19,727 bases of DNA, taken from assembly GCA_963833125.1 (NCBI GenBank), contig CAWHWX010000021.1, positions 1-19,727 of the forward strand, in the 5' to 3' direction. Every line of letters begins with the position of its first letter. The stretch's first letter is position 1. Under the pieces are notes generated by a model. It was not told the origin of the DNA. It saw nothing but the letters and a program-made list of their open reading frames with translations, and made no database searches. The DNA is from Candidatus Bathyarchaeota archaeon (GTDB lineage: Archaea; Thermoproteota; Bathyarchaeia; 40CM-2-53-6). The translations under genes were made by a program, and so were the position numbers. This document shows positions 1 to 7,094 of the stretch, in pieces.

Positions 1-221
1 TTCAATACCACTACATTTCCTCTCCCACATACGGCCTAGTAATTCTGTTATCTTAAGGCTTATTCTACCAATGCGACCTCTCAAGCTAGATATTAGAACA
101 GCACTTGAGTGACTGTTGGGGGCATATGATATGTGGGAGCTTGGGGAGAGGGGATGGGTATCGGTTACTGTTGGTGTCGCCGCAGGCGGCGTTGCTGGCC
201 AAGGTGCGCCTGGGAGGGATA

Positions 222-580
222 ATGAACACAAGGGTTTGGCGGGATGGAACTTTGCTGGCCTGGATTGGTATTTTGTGGTCGGTTTGATATTCGGACTTGA
301 CTTAGTTGTTGACAGGTTTGGACTGTACGTGGCGCCTCTGATAATGATTGGGTCGAACTCTGTCGTACCCGGCGTAGGTGTGGGAGTCGCATTGTTCTGA
401 CGCATTGGTCTGGGTGTGATAATTCCATTCTGGATGTTTGGTGTTATCGTACCGGTTATCATCGCTTTGATTGGGTCAGTGGCTATAGGTGTGCTGCTGT
501 TGATTGGGATAGTGGTGGCGATCTTGGGCGTTGCCCGATGGGCTAAGAAACGTACTGAACCCTCCTATGCAATCGACTAA
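222..580 (+). CDS. Small multi-pass membrane protein, disrupted (frameshift ~270 and in-frame TGA 398-400)
   Basis: GGAGG then ATG at 222 (MNTRVWRDGTLLAWIGI). The frame shifts into the 116..400 frame (FVVGLIFGLDL...GVALF). After TGA the same frame continues with hydrophobic text RIGLGVIIPFWMFG...VARWAKKRTEPSYAID to TAA at 578-580. No family recognised. Confidence 0.45.
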
Positions 581-633
581 CTGGTCTGCGATAATATCTT
601 AAGAATGGCGACTGAACGAAAGACGCGGCTTCC

Positions 634-1346
634 ATGTCGAATAATTCAGTAGATGTTAACGAGCATAAGCACTCCTCATCAGCTTCCTCTCTCTCCGATT
701 TCATTTTGGGCAGTCAAGATGGTCTGGTTAATGTTCTTGGAATCATATTGGGTATGTCGGCTGCTACGCGCGATGTACGCCTGATCTTAGTGGCGACCTT
801 TGCTGCCTTAGGAGCTGAGTCGGTCTCGATGGGAGCGGTCGCATACACGTCAACTGTTGCTAGACGTCGCTTGTACTTGAGTGCAGCTGATCGGGAGACG
901 AAGGAGTTGAAAGAATCTAACCTAGGTTACGAGGAGGCGTCGCATGTTCTTAGAGGATGGGGGTTCAGGGGAAAGAGCTCGAGGAGGGAGCTCGGAGAAT
1001 CGCCGCGAAACCGAAGGCGATGCTTGAGTTGATGATGTCGTACGGGTTACAGATGTCACCGGTTGGACCGGATGAGGCTCGACACAGTTTTCTGGTAGTT
1101 CTAGCCTCGACGATTGTGGGGTCCGCAATCCCAATCATACCCTTCATAATCAGTGGAGGTGACGTTATCGCAGGCGCGATTGGAGCAGTGATTCTAAGTG
1201 GGGTGGTGCTGTTCTTCATTGGTTGGTACAGCGCGAAGGTGACTGTGGGGTCGCTCTGGAAGAGCGGTTTGCAGATGTTAATCATCGGTCTGACGGCCGG
1301 TTTCGCAGGCTTCCTAATCGGGCACTTTCTCGGAGCCCCACCCTAA
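634..1346 (+). CDS. VIT1/CCC1 family Fe/Mn transporter (one frameshift ~958-975)
   Basis: N-part has the signatures DFILGSQDGLV and AESVSMGAVAY. C-part (957..1346) has GSAIPIIPF and three further TM helices typical of VIT1. The two ORFs join across G/A homopolymers. Confidence 0.85.
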
Positions 1347-1469
1347 GCAAGCCGTATCCTATTCGAGTCCATCATGCTTGACCCGTAAGGATTGTAAATT
1401 AGAATAAGCCATCGTCCATCAGGTTGCATCCGGATTACGTTTGAAGAGACTCATGTTCTTTCGATTTTC

Positions 1470-1721
1470 TTACCATCGGGAGAAGTAGACGTCAACGTCC
1501 ATCTCGAACAATGAAAGGCAATGCCAGCAGCCTCTACAATCTGCAGTAATGTTCGAGAGAACCACCTGTGGGTCGGTGGGTGTATTTCCGATTAGAGAAA
1601 TCGCGCCGAGAGGGCCATCCCGAAGATTAGATCGGAAAGAGATTCGACATTGATCTTGATTCTCGGTGTCTCGTTGCTTTCCACATAAGGCAACTCGTTG
1701 TATTCTACGCTTTTCAGTCAA
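1470..1721 (-). CDS. Possible small Cys-containing hypothetical protein
   Basis: 83-aa ORF overlapping the stop of the upstream gene by 8 nt, with CxxCxxC near the C-terminus. No family recognised. Confidence 0.3.
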   Translation of the reverse strand: MTEKRRIQRVALCGKQRDTENQDQCRISFRSNLRDGPLGAISLIGNTPTDPQVVLSNITADCRGCWHCLSLFEMDVDVYFSRW

Positions 1722-2396
1722 GTATCCCGGCAGGTTTTCGATGTTGCGCTTTGTAAGAGATTAGCCTTGCCGAGGCGGAGAAAATTACTATCGTTATTGC
1801 TGTTATGACCAGGGGATTAGGGATCCATCTGCGAGTCCTTCGAATGATGCCCAGAATACCAATGCTCCTACTAGGAGCCCTAGCCCAGTACCTACCATGG
1901 CTGTGGAGACTTTCACGTCGAGTAAGTAGGCTATCACAATCGTCACCCACCAGCCAATGAGGAAAGTGGAGACAGCGATGACGCCGATTATTCCAAATGC
2001 ACCCGCGTGGGTGACTAGGTAGGTGGATATGGGACCGTACTGTTTCCTTATCCGCGCTAGATGCGGCGCGACACGCTCATATTGATCAATTGAATGTAAG
2101 ATTCTTAGGCCGGCGTAAGTCGTGAAGGCGAGAATCGGTACGACGAGCCCGATTGATACGTAGCTTGGAAGTCCTAATTTTGTTCCGAGGGCGATGGCGA
2201 AACCAAAACCGCCTAACAGTGCCAGGATAATGAATTGGGAAGGCCATGCGCTCAGGAGACCTCCGACGATGGCCCCGATTAAGAAGGTGAGTCCAATCGT
2301 GAGTAACGGATAGGCGTTCAGGAATCTGCGCAACGAACTGATCTCAGTAAAAAACGTCGAGTAAAACTGTTGTCCAGCGCTTCTAACTCTCTCCAC
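1714..2396 (-). CDS. COG2426 / small multi-drug export-like membrane protein (frameshift ~1835)
   Basis: The pattern GFGFAIALGTKLGLP...GAFGIIGVIAVSTFLIGWWVTIVIAYLLDV...GLGLLVGALV resembles COG2426. The C-terminus continues in the 1714..1950 frame (WIPNPLVITAITIVIF...). Confidence 0.6.
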
Positions 2397-2608
2397 GACA
2401 CAGAGGCCCCTTTCATCTCGCTTATGGCGATTCTTGATTTAAGTCCCTACTTACAATTCTTCTTCCAATTACAATTAACCACAAACGATACGGCGCTTTT
2501 TAATAGATGAAGGAAATGGCAGTACACTGATGATCTCATTTGTCCAAGAATATCAGGACTTCTGATTGGGTAAGGGCTCTACGCCTTGGATTTTAGGGAG
2601 CGAGATAT

Positions 2609-3031
2609 GTGAGCCACGTTCCTATGAGTGATTTGGAGCTTCGAGAGTTCCTCTCCCAACCCTTGATCGCTGATATCGTAACCTTGAAGAAAGATGGTTC
2701 CCCACAGATCACGCCTGTCGATTATTATTTTGATGGTACCTACCTCTACTTCTCAACCACTACTGAGCGGGCGAAGGGTAGGAATGTAAAACGTGACAAC
2801 AGAGTCGCGGTCTCCATCCGAAACGAGAACGCTCACAAAGTGGTTCTCTTTTCAGGCATCGCCGACATCTTGGATGACAAGGACCATGCTCTAGTTCGTA
2901 GGATCGTTGCTAGATACTGGCCGTCAGACAAGGTCGACGGAATTCTAAGCGGTCTGGAGGCCAACCGAATCATACTCCGAATGAAGCCAAGCAAGACGAT
3001 TAACTGGGACTACACCAAGTCAGGGAACTGA
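2609..3031 (+). CDS. PPOX-class (pyridoxamine 5'-phosphate oxidase-like) probable F420/FMN-dependent oxidoreductase
   Basis: Motifs TLKKDGSPQITPV, STTTERAKGRNVKRDNRVAVSI and C-terminal IILRMKP..INWD; 140 aa. Confidence 0.85.
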   Translation: MSHVPMSDLELREFLSQPLIADIVTLKKDGSPQITPVDYYFDGTYLYFSTTTERAKGRNVKRDNRVAVSIRNENAHKVVLFSGIADILDDKDHALVRRIVARYWPSDKVDGILSGLEANRIILRMKPSKTINWDYTKSGN

Positions 3032-3115
3032 CAGATCATGGTCTCTGACGGGTAGCTCGCGATCAAGCTTCTTCTTGAAAGGGACGGATTAACAGTAATC
3101 TTCCTGATTCACAAT

Positions 3116-3556
3116 TTGTTATTGGGTGAATTTGGTTTGCCAAAGAAATTTGGTCTCAAGCGTGACATTCCGGATGAGCATTCTTGGGTGCTGCAGCAGC
3201 TCTCAAGCAACGCGCTGACGCTTGCGGGGTTTTCATTCGCCTCTTTAGTATTCATGATTGGTCTCCTGGGAAACTCCTTTCCGGTGTCGGCGGAGGTCGG
3301 TCTCCTGCTTTGCACAATCACTTTCGCTATTGCAGGAGAAATGGCGAGAACCTCCTACAGTTCAGAGGAGTATATCGTCTCGGAAAGCGTATATTTCATC
3401 TCACTGATTTTGCTCTTTTACAACTTCATAACGCTAACCTACGAGTCGCTCCACGGCTGGGGAGTCATTCCCATCGTCGCCGCAATTGTCGGTCTTGTCT
3501 ATGTTATCTGGCGAACGTTCGCTAACTTCAGGCTACTGAGAAGAACTGGACATTGA
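3116..3556 (+). CDS. Hypothetical 4-TM membrane protein
   Basis: 146-aa ORF with four hydrophobic segments and a basic C-terminal tail. Confidence 0.6.
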   Translation: MLLGEFGLPKKFGLKRDIPDEHSWVLQQLSSNALTLAGFSFASLVFMIGLLGNSFPVSAEVGLLLCTITFAIAGEMARTSYSSEEYIVSESVYFISLILLFYNFITLTYESLHGWGVIPIVAAIVGLVYVIWRTFANFRLLRRTGH

Positions 3557-3686
3557 TAAGAATTGCAAACGCTAATGTGATAGATGGCAAAAGTTCAACA
3601 GTTCATATAATGCTGCCATCGCGCAGCACCAGCCATACACAACACTTTCTTGACTGCGACCGACGACGAGGCGCCACGAACCGAAA

Positions 3687-4109
3687 TTAAGGGGAAGACG
3701 GTTGCTTGGATGGGAGTTGTGTGAATTGCCAGAGCCCGACTAAGTTGCCTTCTGTATCCTGGAAGTAGGCGGCGAAGCCGAAGTTTCCAACGGGCGTTCT
3801 TGGTTGGATGATTTTGCCTCCGTTCTGCTCGATAGTTGCCGCTGCTTCGTCAATGTTCTTCACGCTGATGTAAATGACGGGGGACTTGACTGAGTCATGT
3901 CGCTCCACCATGCCACCGTTTATGGCACCTGGTTCCTTTGGGGTTCCTAGTACTCCGAGCTTATCAGCCTCAACGGTTCCGATTTGTGTGTAATGCATCG
4001 ATGGAATCTCGTTCATCTTCCAATCAAAAACTGTACCGTAGAATTTCCTTGCTCGCGCGAGGTTGTCGGCGGGTATTTCGAAGAATATTACCTTGTCCAA
4101 ATCCCTCAC
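3687..4109 (-). CDS. VOC (glyoxalase/bleomycin resistance) family protein
   Basis: FEIPADNLARARKFYGTVFDW, AINGG and FQDTEGNLVGLWQ are typical VOC motifs. GGAGGTGA SD-like sequence at the start. Confidence 0.9.
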   Translation of the reverse strand: MRDLDKVIFFEIPADNLARARKFYGTVFDWKMNEIPSMHYTQIGTVEADKLGVLGTPKEPGAINGGMVERHDSVKSPVIYISVKNIDEAAATIEQNGGKIIQPRTPVGNFGFAAYFQDTEGNLVGLWQFTQLPSKQPSSP

Positions 4110-4352
4110 CTCCGACCGCTCAGATTAGTAAACAAGTGTTAGTCTCTCCGAAACCGGGGGGAAGAGGATAAGGCCTCCGATAGGCTCTCGGCAAAAGAAC
4201 GTAAGGTAGAACCATCGATTTCCCCATGGTCAGGGTTCAACTCTGCAATCGTTAGGGTCACCCAATTTCGCGCCTGCATGAACACTCGAAGACTTGTCAT
4301 AAGTTGATCGAATCGAAGGCCCCTGTTGCGGCGGTTGGGGGCTGGACGGGGT

Positions 4353-4664
4353 TTAGTGTTGTTTGGTTTCCTCCAGTCTGAAGTTGCGTATTGCGAGGCG
4401 AATTAGGTCGCTTCTCTTTACAGAGTAGGTTTTTGCCATTTCATTCAACTTGATGATGAGGGGTTCGTTGATGGCAAGTTTGAGCTTATGTTTCTTGCAT
4501 TTCGCGAAGACTGATGGGTTGGGAGAACCGAACAGGTGCTCCAATGCTATGTTGACGATGCTGCTTAAGGGGAAGCCGCCGTAAGACCGGGTCAGCTCCC
4601 GCAATTCACCGAGCTCATATTCGCAGAACCGCAAGGCAACTCTCGGTTTAGGCGGATTAGTCAT
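4353..4664 (-). CDS. Tandem ribbon-helix-helix (CopG/Arc-like) DNA-binding protein
   Basis: From ATG 4664 there are two RHH-like units: RVALRFCEYELGELRELTRSYGGFPLSSIVNIALEHLF and KLKLAINEPLIIKLNEMAKTYSVKRSDLIRLAIRNF. The longer 4769 start adds low-information sequence. Confidence 0.65.
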   Translation of the reverse strand: MTNPPKPRVALRFCEYELGELRELTRSYGGFPLSSIVNIALEHLFGSPNPSVFAKCKKHKLKLAINEPLIIKLNEMAKTYSVKRSDLIRLAIRNFRLEETKQH

Positions 4665-4680
4665 CCCGAACCAAACACCC

Positions 4681-4727
4681 ACGGTGCACCGTCCTGAAAC
4701 GTTCTGACAATACCCTGACGTGTTCAG
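4681..4727. promoter_or_regulatory. Putative operator: 12-bp palindrome plus phased CTGA repeats upstream of the RHH gene
   Basis: ACGGTGCACCGT (4681-4692) is a perfect palindrome. CTGA occurs at 4694, 4704 and 4715, with inverted TCAG at 4724. Function is inferred. Confidence 0.3.
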
Positions 4728-4857
4728 CCAGGATGAGGGAGTCCGAAGTGAATTCAATCCCCCCAGCAACGACCCCTATCAAGCGTCATCCGCCTCGAAC
4801 GCCAGTGGGCATGAAAGTACCCACCCCCGGGGGGTATCCGCATCAAGCGGTGCGGGG

Positions 4858-5090
4858 TGGTGGGGCCGAAGGGACTCTCATGGTTCGGCCGTGAACCATT
4901 TTGAACCCTCGACTTCCGCCATACCGTCATGTCTACGGGTTTCTTCGCTCCTGAAGTTCGTCATTCCGTTCAGGTCCGCAAACCCGTTAAGGTTTGGTCT
5001 TCTGGAGCCCTTGGCGGGTACGTATCCCTGTCGTCATCCCTGGCTAGACACCGCCACTCCTTCCGACGTCATCGGAGTGACTACGGCCCC
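4858..5090 (-). tRNA. trnW: tRNA-Trp(CCA) with five introns (10/11, 28/29, 37/38, 45/46, 59/60), CCA end encoded
   Basis: Exons 5090-5081, 5048-5030, 5010-5002, 4940-4933, 4913-4900 and 4874-4858 join to GGGGCCG TA GTCT AGCCAGGGA TGAC G ACGGG CTCCAGA CCCGT AGGTC GAGGG TTCAAAT CCCTT CGGCCCC A CCA (77 nt, full cloverleaf, anticodon 5005-5003). Every junction sits in a BHB or relaxed BHB motif. Confidence 0.85.
4941..5001 (-). ncRNA. Putative intron-encoded C/D-box guide RNA in the tRNA-Trp 37/38 intron (Cm39, Cm34)
   Basis: Guide ACGGGTTT (4987-4980) then D' CGGA (4978-4975); C' ATGACGA (4964-4958); guide CTTCAGGAGC (4956-4947) then degenerate D AAGA (4945-4942). The N+5 rule lands on C39 and C34. 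Terminal boxes C and D are degenerate. Confidence 0.6.
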
Positions 5091-5210
5091 ACATGGGTTG
5101 AACAGGGTCGGCCCCAGCACCCCACCCTCAGAGAGTTGCTATAACGATTATGGCTGGCTCCAGGTCAACGCGTATAATACTGCGAACAGACGGAATCCTA
5201 TCGAAGGTTC

Positions 5211-6440
5211 TTGCTCAAGATAGGCTTAATCGGTAAGACAAACGCTGGCAAAACCACATTCTTCAACGCCGCAACCCTCCTAACCGCCGAAGTCTCCAAC
5301 TACCCCTTCACCACCAAGAAACCAAACGTAGGCCAAGCCAACGCCAAAACAATTTGCGTATGCAAGGAACTAGGCGTCAAGGATAATCCGCGCAACTCAA
5401 CCTGCATCGACGGAGCCCGTTTCATACCAGTACAACTAATCGACCTCCCAGGCCTAATCAAAGGATCATGGGAGGGTAAAGGCTTGGGAGCGCAGTTCCT
5501 AAGTGTCGCCTCTCAAGCAGATGCTCTCATACACATCGCAGATGCCTCAGGAAGCGTAGATGCTGAGGGAAAACTCACGAAACCCGGCATGGGAAACCCA
5601 GTTGCAGACGTCTACGATATCGAGGAAGAGATTGTGCGATGGTTCTCGAAATCAATCGAGAAAACACTCCAAAAAGTGAAAAAACATTCGAAGAAAGGCT
5701 CGTCAGTATACCACCTATTCGCACAGGATCTAGCGGGCATGAAAATCACCGCAACCCACATCGCACAGGCCCTCAACGCGGCTGACCTCACGGACAAGGA
5801 CTTAGGTAAATGGACGCGGCAGGACATTTGGAATTTCTCAAAGAGGCTGCGTGAAATTTCGAAGCCCACATTGATCGTGGCAAATAAGATGGATATCGCA
5901 CTCGGAGAGAAGAACTATGAGAAGCTGGTCAAAGAGTTTGGGCAAGCGTTCGTAATCGCCGCCTCAAGCGATGCTGAGCTCGCTCTGCGGAGGGCTGAAC
6001 AGACTGGATACGTTGAGTACGTTCCCGGCGAGGAAATTTTCAAGGTCAAGGATAGGAGCAAGCTTACTCCCGAGCAGCGAGACGCACTAACGTACGTTGA
6101 ACAACGTGTTTTCTCAAAATGGATACGGACGGGTGTGCAGTTCGCTCTGAACACCTGCATCTTCAAACTGCTCGGCATGAATGTTGTCTATCCGGTTGAG
6201 GATGCTGACAAGTTCTCGGACAGGAAGGGCAGCGTGCTTCCGGACGTGTTCCTAATTCCATACAACGCCTCTGTCTCGGACCTGGCCGGTCAGATTCATA
6301 GCGAACTAGCTAGGACCATGATCTACGCGGTTGACGCACGAACAAAGATTCGCCTACCAACCGATTACAAACTGAAAGACAGAGACGTCGTCAATATCGT
6401 CTCGGCCGCAAAAGGAAAATCACGAGCTAAGACCCAATAA
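5211..6440 (+). CDS. ychF: YchF/Obg-family translation-associated ATPase/GTPase with C-terminal TGS domain
   Basis: G1 GKTNAGKT, G2 NYPFTT, G3 DLPG, G4 NKMD, and a TGS region with IHSEL...YAVDART. Archaeal-type CxC...NS.C insert. Confidence 0.92.
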   Translation: MLKIGLIGKTNAGKTTFFNAATLLTAEVSNYPFTTKKPNVGQANAKTICVCKELGVKDNPRNSTCIDGARFIPVQLIDLPGLIKGSWEGKGLGAQFLSVASQADALIHIADASGSVDAEGKLTKPGMGNPVADVYDIEEEIVRWFSKSIEKTLQKVKKHSKKGSSVYHLFAQDLAGMKITATHIAQALNAADLTDKDLGKWTRQDIWNFSKRLREISKPTLIVANKMDIALGEKNYEKLVKEFGQAFVIAASSDAELALRRAEQTGYVEYVPGEEIFKVKDRSKLTPEQRDALTYVEQRVFSKWIRTGVQFALNTCIFKLLGMNVVYPVEDADKFSDRKGSVLPDVFLIPYNASVSDLAGQIHSELARTMIYAVDARTKIRLPTDYKLKDRDVVNIVSAAKGKSRAKTQ

Positions 6441-6996
6441 CCTTCAGCAAATCCGCCTTGGTTATGATTCCCAGCACGTGCCCACGCCGGACCACGAGCA
6501 CCGCAGGCTCATACTGAAGCAGCGCAGAAACCATCGACACCGGCGCAACCTCATTCACCAGTGGGAACGCCTCATCCATTATCGTCTCTATCTCTCCCTT
6601 CGACACAAGGTCGGGTTTGGGAGATGACACGAGCTTCTGAAGAATCGTCTTCTCCGTTAAGCTCCCTACAACCTGATTGCCGTTGAAAACAGGCAGCTGG
6701 GAGAAGCCTGTTTCCCGCATCAAATGCACTCCCCTCGAGATCGGTTCATGAGCCTGTACACTGACGACTTTGCCGTGGCAAATCTCCTTCGCCTTCATCT
6801 CGTTCCTTCGTTCCAAAGTCTCGAGGGTATCGAAGATGGCTTTGGTTTTCAGGTATGATGGGCTAATGTTCTTACTCTCAATCTTCGCGATCATTGATTG
6901 GCTTATGCCGGCGAGGTTAGCCAGCTTTTTCTGGCTCATCGCTAGGAGCCGGCGCCGCCGTCCAATCTCCTCTAATCCTGGTAGCATGGGATCCAA
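6427..6996 (-). CDS. XRE-HTH plus CBS-pair transcriptional regulator (COG3620-like)
   Basis: N-terminal RRRRLLAMSQKKLANLAGISQSMIAKIE (Cro/C1 HTH). CBS pair with FSQLPV and GIITKADLL. Confidence 0.9.
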   Translation of the reverse strand: MDPMLPGLEEIGRRRRLLAMSQKKLANLAGISQSMIAKIESKNISPSYLKTKAIFDTLETLERRNEMKAKEICHGKVVSVQAHEPISRGVHLMRETGFSQLPVFNGNQVVGSLTEKTILQKLVSSPKPDLVSKGEIETIMDEAFPLVNEVAPVSMVSALLQYEPAVLVVRRGHVLGIITKADLLKVIGS

Positions 6997-7094
6997 ACCC
7001 GTCTCCGAAGGGTATTCTTAGGGGAATTTTTTCTTATCGCAAGGTTATATTATAGGAATATCGGAATTTCGCCAATAAGTTTCAGTGAAATCAC

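Noticed and set aside
1-30. Minus-strand ATG (MWERKCSGIE) running off the window
   Set aside because: Ten codons are too few to support a gene call.
1-4857. Integrated element at the tRNA-Trp 3' end
   Set aside because: No integrase, transposase or direct repeat of the tRNA 3' end is visible in the window. The other boundary could lie outside, so this is unsupported rather than excluded.
4940-4956. CT-TCA-G inside the intron as a possible UCA (Sec or opal suppressor) anticodon
   Set aside because: It would need an unsupported upstream splice and a 10-nt intron. The body lacks tRNA-Sec features, and the segment is explained as the C34 guide.
4916-5017. Alternative anticodon stem CCGCC/GGCGG suggesting tRNA-Val, or a tRNA-Pro call from the GGGGCCG acceptor
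   Set aside because: No BHB-consistent cuts give a valid 7-nt anticodon loop. The Trp parse satisfies all junctions and the 34/39 guide geometry.
5098-5130. BHB-like motif in the upstream region (TGA/TCA, GGGT/ACCC) hinting at a permuted or split tRNA
   Set aside because: All exons are present in normal order, the inner helix is missing, and the motif probably extends upstream of the likely TSS.
4720-5223. 167-aa and 71-aa plus-strand ORFs (4720..5223, 4929..5144)
   Set aside because: They lie antisense to the intron-containing tRNA-Trp and have no protein-like features.
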